From Eledone cirrhosa (taxonomy: Eukaryota): DNA of 64,000 bases. The first letter of the stretch is position 1. Each line of letters opens with the position of its first letter. The stretch lies in the NCBI GenBank assembly GCA_964016885.1, contig OZ024741.1:125116001-125180000 (forward strand), in the 5' to 3' direction. A program made the position numbers and the translations under genes. Under the pieces are notes generated by a model, which was given only the letters and a program-made list of their open reading frames with translations, was not told where the DNA came from and ran no database searches. Shown one piece after another: positions 38,281-51,518 of the stretch.

Positions 38281-41200
38281 GTTCGTCCACAGCGTGATAG
38301 TGGCACACTAAAATCACCGGTGTTTATGTAACCATACATTCACCAATCCTCGATAAGAGTGTTTAAATGTCGAACCTAAACAGTTCGAATAACGGTGAAG
38401 TGGAGACTGGAATGTCATGTGACAGACTCTCACCCAGCAGGTGCTCCCTGGCTCAGCAGCAGGGACCTGGCTATCAACCAAATACTGCCGGTGTCGGAGG
38501 AAGAAGAAGGAAAGGGACCAGAACCAACTGGACGAAAGAATTGAATAGAACTGTTATGCAATGTTACCTGAAGAGTAACCCCAAGGGAAAAGGCTATAGG
38601 AAACGAATGCATAACATCTGGAACGAGATTGGTCTATTTAAATTAGATGAACAAAAATTGGCCGGGCAGACTCGGGTAATAAGAACTAATGGATGGATAA
38701 GCAAGCTGGAACTGGAGGAACTGAGCAGAGAGATTAGATTGGAAATGGAGAGTGGAGTATGCCAGGCAAACGAGCCAGTGGGAAATGAAGGTGAAGAGGT
38801 TGAGAGAACGGAGGAAACATCCGAAGCAGACAATGATCTGAATGCTGATATAAATAATTGTTTCTACTTTTGGCACAAGGCCAGCAATTACTGGTACTTT
38901 GTACTTTATGCTGAAATAAATAATACCTGGAACAAAGATAAGGCCATTGAGGAAATGAATGATGGCGGGCTAGGACAAGATTTGGTTGATATCCTGAACT
39001 TAGTGGTAGATGAAATGAACAATGATAGTGGGAAACCTATGAACCTAAGATTTGTAGACAGGAAAAAGTTAAAAGAAACAACAGCTAAGGTAAAAAAAGT
39101 CATCCCATACCTTGAGGCGAGGAACCTTCGCCAATGCAACAATATCCTCAAAGCAACAGCAAATGCGGTGAGGAAATTACTAGGCATAAAAACGAGAGGT
39201 AACAAAAAAACAAGAAAGATCAGAACCTTGGTGGAAGAAACGACTGAATGGTCAAATCAGGGAAATGAGAAATGAGAAATGACATTGGTAAGCTTGAGTA
39301 TCTACTGAATGAGACACTACAAAACATAGACACTAAAAATAGACTGGAACTAAAGTACAAAACTAGGAAGAAAAAGCTAAATATTATCATAGAGGAACTG
39401 AAGCAACGCATTGTAGCAAAGAGTGCAACGATTAGGCGATATGAGAGCAGAGTCAGTCAGTATAGACAGAACCGCATGTTTGACAACAACCAGAAGATGT
39501 TGCTTGGACAGCTTGAAGAGAAATAAAAAGGCAACGACTTGATCCCTGAGGCGGAACAGACTAAGACATTCTGGAGAGGAATATGGGAGCAGGATGTTGA
39601 ACATAATGATCAGGCAGTGTAGATTGAGACAGTACAAAAGAAGATTAGTGAACAGGCACACCAACAAACTGATTTGAGTATCACAGTTGAAACTCTTAAA
39701 GGGCAGGCCAAAAAACTAACCAACTGGAAATCACCAGGCCCAGATAGTGTGCAGCGGTATTGGATTAAAAGTATAACATCCCTCCACCCGAAACTGACAA
39801 CCATGGTCAATGACTGCTTGAGGTACCAGAGTGGTTGACAAAATGTACCACAGTTCTGGTAATGAAAGACCGAATCATGGGTAATCATGTCATGTATGTC
39901 CGTAATGTGGAAACTGTTAACAAGCATTGTGTCTGGGGAAATCTACCATCACCTCTACATAAACAACTTGTTACCGGACGAACAGAAAGGATGCCGAAAG
40001 AAGTCCCGTTGTACAAAGGACCAGTTACTTATTGATAAGATTGTAATGAGGAATTGCAAGAGGAGAAATACTGGTCTTGCCATGGGATGGATAGACTACA
40101 AAAAGGCATTCGACATGGTACCTCATAACCAAAAGCCTTGGATAACCAAAAGCCTAGAGATCTTCAAGGTGACAGATAACATCAGACAATTGTTGAGCAA
40201 AAGTATGAAGTCCTGGGAAACAGAGTTAACATCGGGTGGAGAATCCTTGGGAGGCGTGAAGATCAAGAGAGGTATCTTCCAGGGAGATAGTTTGTCCCCT
40301 CTGTTGTTTGTCCTTGCCCTGATACCCCTGACAATTATACTGGGAAAAGTGAGAGCAGGATAGAAGTTGGGAAAAGGAGAGCTTACCATCAATCACCACC
40401 TCTTCATGGACGATCTTAAGCTCTTCAGGAAGAGTGAGAAGGAGTTGGATGTGCTTGTTGACACTGTCCGCATGTTCAGCAATGATATATGTATGCAATT
40501 TGGTATTAGTAAGTGTGGAGTCCTAGTGATGAACAGGGATAAATTGAGCACTGAAGAAGGATACAAATATTTAGGTGTTCTGGAGGCAGATGACATTAAA
40601 AAATGAAGGAATTGATAAGATCTGAGTACATTCGGAGAGTAAGGAGCGTATTAAAATCACATCTAAACAGTAGGAATGCCATAAGTGCAGTAAATTCCCG
40701 AGCTGTCTCTATTATTAGGTACAATGCGGGAATTCTGAAATGGAATGTTGCTGAACAAAAAGAAATGGATAGGAAGACTAGGAAGCTATTGACTATCTAC
40801 AACATGTTCCACTAGAGGAGTGATGTCGATAGACTCTACTTCAGGAGATCTGAAGGTGGAAGAGGTCTTATCAGCATAAAGGACTGTGTTCAGATGGAGA
40901 AAACAACCTACACAAATACGTGACTGACAGTAGGGAGCCAATGCTCAGAATTGTACTGAAGGAGAGGACAATAGACCAGGGGATGTCCAAGGAGGAAATA
41001 ACAACAAGGAGGAAGAGCAACCTTCATGAAAAATCCCTTCATAGTACCTTCTTTGAGAAAACTGAATTCAGAGATCCACAGACATGGAAGTAGTTGAAAA
41101 GAGGAGGCCTTAAAAAGGCTACAGAAGGAATCCTAATGGCTGCGCAAGAGCAGGCCCTCAAAAGGAAGTGGCTGAAACACCATATTTACAAGAAGGAGGC

Positions 41201-41860
41201 TAGCCCACTGTGTAGGATCTGTGGAGAGAGAGAGGAGACTGTGGCTCACATTGTATCCGAGTGTAAACACCTAGCCCAGACTCACTATAAAGGCTGGAGA
41301 CATGATGTGATCGGCAGGGTGATCCACTGGCACTTATGCAAAGTAAACAATTTACCACATTCTGAGAAGTGATATGAGCATAAGCCAGAGTCGGTGATGG
41401 AAAACGATCATGTAAAGGTGCTATGGGATTTTAGGATACAGACGGACAAGAAACTAGAACACAATAGACCTGACCTGGTGGTTTTGGACAAGGAAAAAAG
41501 ATCGTACCTGATTGTAGATGTAGCCTGCCCATTCGACACGAGTGTGCAAGAGAAGGAGAGGGAGAAAATTAACCGATACCAGGACTTAAAGTGGGAGGTA
41601 AAAAGGATTTGGAACTGCAATGAAGTCAAAGTGGTCCTGATTGTCATAGGCGCACTAGGTACTATCTCAAAGAGTTTCCAAGGATGGTTAAAGAAAATTA
41701 ATCCAGCCCCACTTTTTGGAACAATTCAAAAGGCATGCTTGCTGGGAACAGCAAGAACCCTCCGATACGTCCTGAATATCTGAGGCTGCAGGTAGTGCTT
41801 TTATATTCATTTCAACAAACTTTCCAGTTAAATAACATCAATGACTGAGACTCAAAGAAC
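38281..41860 (+). mobile_element. Near full-length R4/Dong-type non-LTR retrotransposon (RT + CCHC + restriction-like endonuclease), pseudogenised
   Basis: KSPGPD, EQKGC, DYKKAFD, GIFQGDSLSPLLF, FMDDLK, EGGRGL, CRICGEREETVAHIVSEC, RHD, NRPD..IVDVACPFD..K..RYQDL; ends in (AAT)n; stops and frameshifts throughout. Confidence 0.9.
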
Positions 41861-41877
41861 AATAATAATAATAATAA

Positions 41878-42061
41878 TAATTGTTTCTACTTTTAGCACA
41901 AGGCCAGCAATTAACCAGTGTATTATCGGTACTTTATTTTATCGACCCCGTAAGGATGAAAGGCAAAGTTAACCTCGGCGAGATTTGTACTCAGAATGAA
42001 AAAGGCCGTAACTTTTTGCGTCAAAGCATGGCGTCCGACTCTTTACCGATACTGCCAATCC
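41878..42061 (-). mobile_element. tRNA-derived SINE, family A
   Basis: Homologous to 1905-2094; (AAT)n on both sides. Confidence 0.85.
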
Positions 42062-42082
42062 AAATAATAATAATAATAATAA

Positions 42083-42373
42083 TGGTTTCTTTATTGGACA
42101 CAAGGGCTAACATGAAGAAAAATATTACAGGCGGCACAGGACGATACAAAGTGGGTTTGGGCCATGGAAAAAGGTTATAAAAGACAGAAACGTGTAAAAT
42201 AAATTAAAATTCAAACAACAAAAAATTCCCCAATAAGGGGGAAGCTTCCGAGGGTCACAAGTGGTGAAAAACACACAAAAGACCACGGCCACCCTGACCA
42301 CCAGGGCAAGCACCCTCTCTCAGTTTTCCCACTCCTCAGTCTACAGGCGCATACTCAGAGTGGGCCCGTTCAC
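42083..42373 (-). mobile_element. Tx1 3'-end fragment in (AAT)n
   Basis: Close match to 26194-26500; AAT repeats on both flanks. Confidence 0.88.
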
Positions 42374-42599
42374 AATAATAATTTATTTATTAGTTACACT
42401 GGGCTCACGTTAAGAAAATATGAAAGACGACACAGGACAGTACAGCGTGAATTTTTTTAGTGTAAAATAAAATTCATAACAGAGGCTAAAAAATAAACAC
42501 TTAAAAATGAAACAAAACAAATTCTTTTACAAGAAAATTCATAGCCATTTCGATTGTTATTTAATAGCCTATCTTATATTATTATTATTATTATTATTA

Positions 42600-42930
42600 T
42601 ATGCTAAAACAGTGGGGGGAAAAACCCTTATATGGCCAATACCTGAAAAATCTGAATAGAGAGCAAGTAAACAAGCAAAACTCACAATACTGGCTACGAA
42701 GCATTAGACTAAAAGCCGTGAGTAAAGTATTTCTAATCTCAGCACAAGATCAAAGCCACTTCTGCATATATACATAATGAAGCAGAACGCAGTAACTGCA
42801 GAATATGTGTAGGTGGAGAAGTAACAATTAACCACATTATCTTTGGCTGGCCAGACATCAATCTAGAAATATTTCACTTGAGAATCTCATGGACATTATT
42901 AAATTTATACCGGCAATTGATCTGTATCAT
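42600..42930 (+). mobile_element. Highly decayed R4-like LINE remnant
   Basis: Readable pieces SQYWL..LK, SAQDQ and CRICVGGEVTINHII. Confidence 0.5.
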
Positions 42931-43991
42931 TATAACACCTCCTCGCAAATACAGACAAACATCCTACCATACTTATCTATGTGTGTGGTGTGTGTGTGTC
43001 TCTCTCTCTTTCTCTCTCTCTCTCCCTCTCTCTCTCTTTCTGTGTGTGTGTGTATGTGTGTGTGTACGCAGCATGGTTAAGAAGATCGCTACGCTATTAT
43101 TAGGCTCCGAGTTCGATCCAAAAGCCTGGTATTTTGGGCAAATATTTACCATAGACTCGGGTGGACCCACTCGGGAGACGGAAACTGCTTAGAACTCCGT
43201 CAGATACCCAGTACCAGTAATTCATAGGGTCCTAACTTGTCAAACACTGTCACACTGAATCTCATTAATATTTACTTTAAGAATATATATGTCAGTGGAA
43301 TACTCAACCACTTGCACGTTAATTTACAAGCAGCTTATTCGTTCAATTCGGTTCAAGGATGTCTCTAGCCATTCTCCGTGATAACGCCTTTGCCATTTTA
43401 TCAGCAGGGCGTGGCTGAGGCAACACGCCGACGGGGGTGTAGTGTCTGTACATTGCCGGTGCCTCTCCCTTTCTTTCGTTGCTTGATTCTTTTTCTTTTT
43501 TCTTCTTTCATTTACTAATAAACTAAAAATTGTGTGCTGTCTTCTTTGGGGATAAACGGCTCTTCTAACTAGACAACTAGAACACTCATCGTCGAAACCG
43601 ATGAAAGTCCAACAGGATGCTGTATGATTTGTTTCCTTTCGTAGGTTTTGTATTCCTTTATTTGCTTTCGATAGTAAGAAACCATACAACGGCCATTACT
43701 TTATGTACATTATCTAGAAATATTTCACTTCAGAAGCTTGAGGACATTATTAAATCTGCACTGACGATTATCATAATCTATGAAGCTCAGTGTGGTCATG
43801 CTCCTTCGTTATATATACAGATATTTTTTCAATTTCACCCACAATTACGCAAAAAATAGATAAAACTCAATATTTTACGATTTTTCTCTCTCATTTAAAC
43901 TGCTGAACTCTTTCTACTACCATTCAAAATCTATACAACTTCATACTCTCTACTACTTTCTCTTTCCAAGCTTGATGGTGATACTGTCCGT

Positions 43992-44305
43992 TCACACCAC
44001 TCCCTACTGTCTTAAATTTAGAAAACACATATCCTCTATGAGGTTACTAAACCTGCTAGAAACAGCAGCTAACTCTCCCCCATATCACACCCCTCCCTAC
44101 TGTCTTAAATTTAGAAAACATATCTTCTATGAGGTCACTAAACCTGCTAGAAACAGCAGCTAACTCTCCCCCATATCACACCACTCCCTACTGTCTTAAA
44201 TTTAGAAAACACATATCCTCTATGAGGTCACTAAACCTGCTAGAAACAACAGCTAACTCTCCCTCATATCACAACTCTCCCTACTGTCTTAAATTTAGAA
44301 AACAC
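43992..44305. repeat. ~93-bp tandem repeat, ~3.3 copies
   Basis: CCCTACTGTCTTAAATTTAGAAAACAC recurs four times. Confidence 0.92.
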
Positions 44306-44645
44306 ACAGACAACCATGCAGAACAACTCCATCGCAGCTCTGTTGTTCGGCTGGCATCGTCTACGCGCGTGTTGTGCAAGTACTGTGAAACAATAAATTT
44401 CACTTTTTTGCACAGAGATAATATCCATAGGCGAAACTACAATTGTCACTGCTGGCGCAGCTCATGCTTCCAGGTCTACAATTCATTCACTCAATGCCTG
44501 GCAGACAAAAAAGTGCTGCCATAAAATGGGTGGTGCAACCTAACTTTAATGCTAGTCTTTCAATAAAATCCATTTATCAATATCATCTATATCATCTCTA
44601 TCATCTATATCATTAAAACACCTCCCCTGAAACAATCATAGAAAT

Positions 44646-44694
<49 letters not shown>

Positions 44695-44695
<1 letters not shown>

Positions 44696-44963
44696 CGAAC
44701 AACGGCTAAAAAAAGTTGTTGGGACACGTAAATAAAGGGGACGCTAGGGTGAACAAACAAAATGGTTTAAGCAACAGAAAGTGAGAAGAAAGAGACAAGT
44801 CCCAGATTTCTATGAATATAAACTCGGTGAAATCGTGAACGAGAGAGTAAAGACCATCAAACCTGGTTGAAATGTGAGCAAGGAAGGAATTTCGCACAGG
44901 TCTAACGGGAGGAAGAAGGGGTCTGGTCTGCGAATTCGGTAAACATAAGTTCTGTGAAGTCGC

Positions 44964-44999
<36 letters not shown>

Positions 45000-45310
45000 T
45001 TCATACCGGCTTGGCCAAGAACGCGCGAGAAAAGAATTCGGACAGGTCAAACGGGAGAAAGAGGAGGAGGAGGAGAGGTAGTAACAGAGAATGAGTGAGT
45101 GAAAGTTGAGGAAGAGGCTAACAGAGAGAGAGAGACTGCTAGAAAGGGTAAAGATACAAAGAACGAAACAGACGGGTGGCAGCAGAGGAAAAAATATATG
45201 TGTAAATATGATAATAATGGAGCTGCGGCGTTGCAAATGGGTTACATATGAAAAAGTAAGTCCTTAGTCAGTGGCCTTCCAACCGTCCTAGGCACTTCCC
45301 GGTATGAATT

Positions 45311-45346
<36 letters not shown>

Positions 45347-45692
45347 GCGACTTCACAGAACTTATGTTTACCGAATTCGCAGACCAGACCCCTTCTTCCT
45401 CCCGTTAGACCTGTGCGAAATTCCTTCCTTGCTCACATTTCAACCAGGTTTGATGGTCTTTACTCTCTCGTTCACGATTTCACCGAGTTTATATTCATAG
45501 AAATCTGGGACTTGTCTCTTTCTTCTCACTTTCTGTTGCTTAAACCATTTTGTTTGTTCACCCTAGCGTCCCCTTTATTTACGTGTCCCAACGACTTTTT
45601 TTAGCCGTTGTTCGCACCAACCTGAGGTATATGGCCTTTAAAGTGATGAACTGCCTAGGACGGTTGGAAGGCCACTGACGAAGGACTTACTT

Positions 45693-45700
<8 letters not shown>
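44695..45700. mobile_element. Large fold-back, circularly permuted ~640-nt non-coding element between (CA)n and (TA)n
   Basis: 44695-45009 is the reverse complement of 45299-45614; 45246-45298 is the reverse complement of ~45648-45700. Confidence 0.8.
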
Positions 45701-45751
<51 letters not shown>

Positions 45752-45875
45752 GAAGTTGTATTTAATTTGTTGGAATTCAACAATCTAAAAAATGTTATAA
45801 CTGATACATACAAGTTAGTGGAGTAAATACACAATATATTAATAAATGGAAACTATATTTATAAAACCATATTTA

Positions 45876-45937
45876 TTTTATTATACATATTTCAATGGCA
45901 ACCAAGGTAAATTATGGTGCGCTTTCATCAGATAAAA
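45876..45937 (-). ncRNA. Type I hammerhead ribozyme
   Basis: TTTTAT-CTGATGA-(aagcgcacca..tggttgccatt)-GAAA-TATGTA-TA-ATAAAA. Confidence 0.78.
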
Positions 45938-47158
45938 CACATAAAATACAGATTTGGTTTATAAATAAATATTGACATACCCGGAAAAAAGACAACCTTA
46001 ACGGTTGGAGCTTCCTGGATAATGGAGATAGTACATTTATTGAGGGTAATATAAAGTTAAGTGAGTATGCAAATGAGTGTCCGAAAGGTTGAAATGATAA
46101 CGGTTTATTTAAATTAAACTGTTGGAAGAAGATGATATGTAACGGAGAGAGAAAAAAGAAAGAAAAAAAAGAAAAAGGAAGGAGAAAGATAGAAGAGGAA
46201 AGAAAAAACGATTATATATATTGATAGTGAAGAAAGAGTGCATGAAGTAATAAATTTCAAAGGATAAATATACACAGCGTAAGTATATCTAAGTGAAAGA
46301 AGAGATAAGATTAACGTGGAAGAATAATATTTATAATGCAGGGTTCATTATGTTTTAAAAAGGTACTTATATGATAGGTTGAAAAATTAGATTAAGATTA
46401 AAAATTATTAAAATTTGCCTTAATATAAAAGATTTAATTTATTATAATAATTTAATATTAATAATTAGTTTAAATGTGTATGTTAAGGATTAAATTATTT
46501 AAATAAATATATAGTATTTTACATTAGAGAAAATCTAGTATAGTTTATTTTATTAGAAGTTGTAAGTCAAAATTTAAACATCCAAATAATTTTAAATTTA
46601 TGAAAAATTTACCAAAAAACGATTATATATATTGATAGTGAAGATAGAGTGCATGAAGAAATAAATTTCAAAGGATAAATTTACACAGCGTAAGTATATC
46701 TAAGGGAAAGAAGAGATAATATTAACGTGGAAGAATAATATTTATAATGCAGGGTTCATTATGTTTTGAAAAGGTACTTATAATGATAGGTTGCAAAATT
46801 AGATTAAGATTAAAAATTAGAAATCAAAATTAAAGATAAAAAGTTGCCTTAATATTAAAGATTTAATTTAATTTAATAATTTAACATTAATAATTAGTTT
46901 AAATGTGTATGTTAAGGATTATAAATTATTTAAATAAATATATAGTATTTTACATTAGAGAAAATCTAGTATAGTTTATTTTATTAGAAGTTGTAAGTCA
47001 AAATTTAAACATCCAAATAATTCTAAATTTATGAAAAGTTTACGAGAGTTTACAAAGGAATTAATAATAGAAACTTAAAACCTAACCGGAATAGCATTAA
47101 TAACCCTAGCAATATCCAATATTATGTTACGGCTCCCAATAATATAAACTCAGATAAA

Positions 47159-47575
47159 TCTAATTGTAGAAATAAATCTAACTGTCCTCTAAATAATAAT
47201 TGTTTAGTTAAAAATATAGTATACAATTGTAATGTCAAAACAAATGAAAACTCCTTTAACTATGTCGGCTCTACTTCCACAGACTTCAAATGTCGCTTTA
47301 ATAACCATAAATGTTCCTTTACGAATATTGTTAAAAAATCTTCAACTTCTCTATCTAATTTATTATGGGACTTAAAATCCAAAAATATTAACTATTCTTT
47401 ACTTTGGAAAATTATTTCCAAATCTCCTTCATACACGGCTCTATCCAAAAATTGGTCCCTTTGCGTTGAAGAAATATTCTTTATACTAAAAAGTAAGAAC
47501 TCTATTAATTTACGGATTAATTTATTTAGTCCATGTAAACATCGTTTAAACTCAACTTTTAAATATATATATAAA
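47159..47575 (+). pseudogene. PLE GIY-YIG endonuclease domain (not in the ORF track)
   Basis: Manual translation: SNCRNKSNCPLNNNCLVKNIVYNCNV..FNYVGSTSTDFKCRFNNHKCSF..TSLSNLLWDLK..TWKII..LCVEEIFFI..CKH. Confidence 0.85.
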
Positions 47576-48218
47576 ATGAAATATATGATTTATCTCCTTT
47601 ACATAATGTTTTCTATATCTGTATATGATTCATATATATTTAATTTACTTTCTATTACCTCTACGTTTATTTGACAGCTTGAAACTTTTTTAAGAAAAAT
47701 TTTTCTTGAAAAACTTACAGAAGGTTTTAGGAAAAATCTTTTGAAAATTCCTTTGAAAGATATAGAAAAACCATTATTTTCATACCTTCCAATATGTTTA
47801 TATCTTCAAACGTTTTTAATATATATATCCAATTGTTTATATATATGTGGAAAAACATGTTTTTTATATATAGGTTATTTTTTATATATATGTGGAATAA
47901 CCTATGGTTTATGCTTTAAATATATTCATAAGATAACATTTTTTTAATTTTTTTAACTTTATAGCTAGTAAATTTATGACTTAGTATAAAATAACATATG
48001 GTTAATATTTTAATTATATTCTTAAGATAAAAATTTTTTTAATTTTTAACCTTATAATATCTAATCCTTGGAGTCATCTGAGATCTTAAAAATCACTTCT
48101 AACTTCCTTTACACTTCCTTACGGTTTTTATAATATAATTAAGTGGTTATTCCTTTGTAAACTCTCGTAAAATTTTCATAAATTTAGAATTATTTGGATG
48201 TTTAAATTTTGACTTACA

Positions 48219-48394
48219 ATGATGATGGTGATGGTGGTGATGGTGGTTGTAGTAGTGATAATGATGATGATGATGGTGGTGGTGGTGGTGATGATGATGA
48301 TGGCGGTGACGATGATGATAATGATGGTTGTGATGGTGGTGGTGGTGGGTTCTGGTGGTGGTGGTGGTGATAGTGATGATCATGATGATGGTGG

Positions 48395-48452
<58 letters not shown>
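48219..48452. repeat. (GAT)/(GGT) compound microsatellite
   Basis: Direct reading. Confidence 0.95.
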
Positions 48453-48453
<1 letters not shown>

Positions 48454-49189
48454 TATTTGCTATCGGTTTCTACGCTGTATCCAACGCTTTTGTCACCTGA
48501 AGACTATGGTAAAAATGTTTGCCCGAAATCCCCCAAAATTTGATAAAACATTATCTCATGATAACGAATCGAACTTCTTCCCCAGCTAACTATACCTGTA
48601 TTAACCACATGCACACAATGACCGCATACCCTACTGGCATTCCGTCGGTTACAGTGACGAGTGTTCCACTTGATTCGATCAACGCAACAGCCTGCTCATG
48701 AAATTAACAAGCAAGTGGCTGAACATTCTACAGACATGAATACCCTTTACGTAGTTCTCAGGGAGATTCAGTGTGACACAGAATGTGACAAGGCTGGTCT
48801 TTCAAATTACAGGTACAACTTATTTTTACCAGCAAGGTACAACTTATTTTTACTAACGCGCCACCGGGAATCAAGCTCACGCCCTTGAGATCCTGAGCCG
48901 AATACTTTCTTAACCACTAAACTACGGCCCTTCACATAACCAACTCCACAAATAACATTAACCAGTCACTGTAGTACGAAAGCTATCTGTGGGACGATTA
49001 TAGTTATTTACCTATTTATTTACCATTGGAGACTTATAGCCAGATGTTCGATTCAAGATGTTCGACTCACGATCATAAGGTCACGACTTTGAATTGTAGA
49101 CCGGGCGATGCTTTGTGTCGTTATTCGATGTTTCATCAGCAGATTGTTCGCTTTGTTATAGACGGACATTTTTTTTTTTTTTTTGCAAT

Positions 49190-49380
49190 GTATTGGCAGT
49201 ATCGGTAGAGCGTCAGTCACATTGCTTTGCAGCAGAGGGCTCAAATCCTGCCGAGGTTAGCTTAAGCTTTCATCCTTACAGGGTCGATAAAATAAAGTAC
49301 CAGTAATGCACTGGAGTCGATTCAATTAATTTTCCCCTCTCCTTCAAATTGCTGGTCTTGTGCCTATTGTAGACATCATT
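49190..49380 (+). mobile_element. tRNA-derived SINE, family A
   Basis: TTGGCAGTATCGGTAGAG..TTTCATCCTTACAGGGTCGATAAAATAAAGTACCAG..CTTGTGCC. Confidence 0.8.
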
Positions 49381-49809
49381 ACTTATTTTATTTTTTGCAA
49401 AGAGATGGGACACTAGCAGACTCTCTTATTTACTGTTTTATTTTTAACTGTTTACAGTCGACTGGTGCACTTTAAAAAAAACATTTCACATTCTTACTGA
49501 AAATCTGTTTTTTTAAATTGTTTTATTGAAATTTCTGTTACATTTTCGTTGAAATGTTCTAATATTTTAATGTTCCTATATATCGTGTTGCTTCGCCTTT
49601 CTTGAAGTTCCTCAATTTGAAATAATCAAAGTGCATAAAATTTGATTAATGTTATTTTCAAAGTATGGCGATAAATTGGCAGAGTTGCTAGACCGTCGGA
49701 CAGAATGCTTTGCGGTATTTGTTTCGGCTCAGTGTTCTCTGTGTTCAAGTCCCACCGAAGTCAACTTTAACTTTCATCTATTGAAGGTCGATGAAAAAAT
49801 AAATGCAGA

Positions 49810-50400
49810 TGTGAAAAGTTGCAGCAGAGAGAGTAAAGGTGACCAAGTAAAAGGCGTCTGTGAGATTTGGAGGTTAAGCTCAAATATTACTTTAGATCAG
49901 CAAACAATGCATTCTGGCAAACCATCCTTCGACTTCGTAATGAAAGAAAAGTCCATGCCTGCTATCAGGAACTTGTCTGGCGTTCTCCTCTCTTCCAAGA
50001 AGCGCATCCTCACAAGGGAGAAAGAATACTTTGCTGGTGTTCTAAGACTAATCAAAACAGCATCTTCTGATATACACGAGGTGCATCAAAAGCTGAAAAC
50101 TGACAACATAGTGGCGAATGTCACCAGAGCAATTAAAGCGCTCAATAGTAGCAAGACCCATGGAGAGGATAACATTCGGTCAGATATATAAAAAGCCTTA
50201 ACTAGAGAAGGTATGTTCTGACTGACTCGTGTGCCGTGTGACCAGGATCTATAGAAATGCACCAAAGCATTAAAATCGGGGGTGATAATCCTAATTTTCA
50301 AAAGCAGGAGACAAGATAGAGATTGTTCTAATTATACAGGAATTTTTTTGTTAAGCCTCTTCTGTAAAGTCTATACCAGGCCTTATACATAAAATATTGT
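49810..50400 (+). mobile_element. Decayed RTE-like LINE fragment (pre-RT region)
   Basis: ANNAFWQTILRLR, RAIKALNSSKTHGEDNI and a PIFK..NY.G-like stretch. Confidence 0.6.
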
Positions 50401-50424
50401 ATATGAATACATATTGCCAATATA

Positions 50425-50455
<31 letters not shown>

Positions 50456-50456
50456 C

Positions 50457-50494
<38 letters not shown>

Positions 50495-51347
50495 GGTGTG
50501 TGTGTGTATGTGTACATAAATATATATTTATACATATATTATTATCAACATACATATATACGTTTATATGTCCGTATAAGACATGTAACTTTTTTTCAAT
50601 CAATAGTATATTTGATGAAAGCATAAACAACAGAAAGTCTTATTACATTATTTTCATAAGATCTGGATTCTAGCCTTCTGCCTCATTTACAAATCAATAT
50701 TTGTGTTTTATCTCGTATCAAAGAAATCAGAACCAAGTATATTACCCTGAAAGAAATGAAAGTGAATATGTCTTTATGAAGTAAACTGTTGAGGGCTACA
50801 GAATGTAGAGATCGAGACTGCATTGTTTGGCTTCTCAATTTGTATAATAAACATACGAATGACGTATTTGTTTCGATTTTTAACTCTCAAGATGTCAAAT
50901 AAAAGCTTCCTAGAACGGCTTCATCGTCTATTCTGCATTGTCGTAGCATCAACAATCACTCTGGCTATAAGTCTTTCTCTTATCTTACCTATTGATTGTT
51001 ATAATTGAGCTGTTGGCATTTCGGTGTAAGGTCATACAGACGTAATTTGATAGACACACACGCTGCCACTGTTTCCGTTGACATAGATATTTGGAAATTC
51101 AAAAATCTTTGTCAGAGACTCTATCTACATTTCTTTCTAGCTTCCTACTACCGACCTAACCACAAATTTATCTTTCTCTCTTTCTCCTGACGTACCAGTC
51201 TATCCATCAACACACCTGTCTATATACATGCCACTATTTCACTCTAAGCTCGAAAAAAAGAGAAAGGTCCTTACAGATATATAGGCTAGGTAATGTAAGA
51301 TGCAAATTTAGTAGAATGTATAGATAGTTTCGTTTATTATTTTCAAT

Positions 51348-51518
51348 GGTGTTGGATTGGCAGTATCGGTAGAGGGTCGGACGCCATGTTTTGCAGCAAC
51401 GAGTTCAAATCCCGCCGAGGTTAACTTTGCCTTTCATCCTTACGGGGTCGATAAAATAAAGTACCAGTAATGTACTGGTGTAATTGTTGGCTTTGTGCCA
51501 AAAGTAGAAACAATTATT
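51348..51518 (+). mobile_element. tRNA-derived SINE, family A
   Basis: A box, B box GAGTTCAAATCCC and tail TTGTGCCAAAAGTAGAAACAATTATT. Confidence 0.85.

Larger units (their letters stand above)
45730..48220 (+). mobile_element. AT-rich decayed Penelope-like element
   Basis: GIY-YIG frame at 47159-47575; HHR at 45876-45937; tandem duplication 46205-46612/46614-47042; inverted piece 48148-48219 matching 46991-47061. Confidence 0.7.

Noticed and set aside
38281-38366. HDV-like ribozyme in the R4/Dong 5' UTR
   Set aside because: Could not build the nested double pseudoknot by eye; needs a descriptor search.
43992-44305. CRISPR-like regular repeat
   Set aside because: Whole ~93-bp units repeat with no unique spacers; eukaryotic context and no cas genes.
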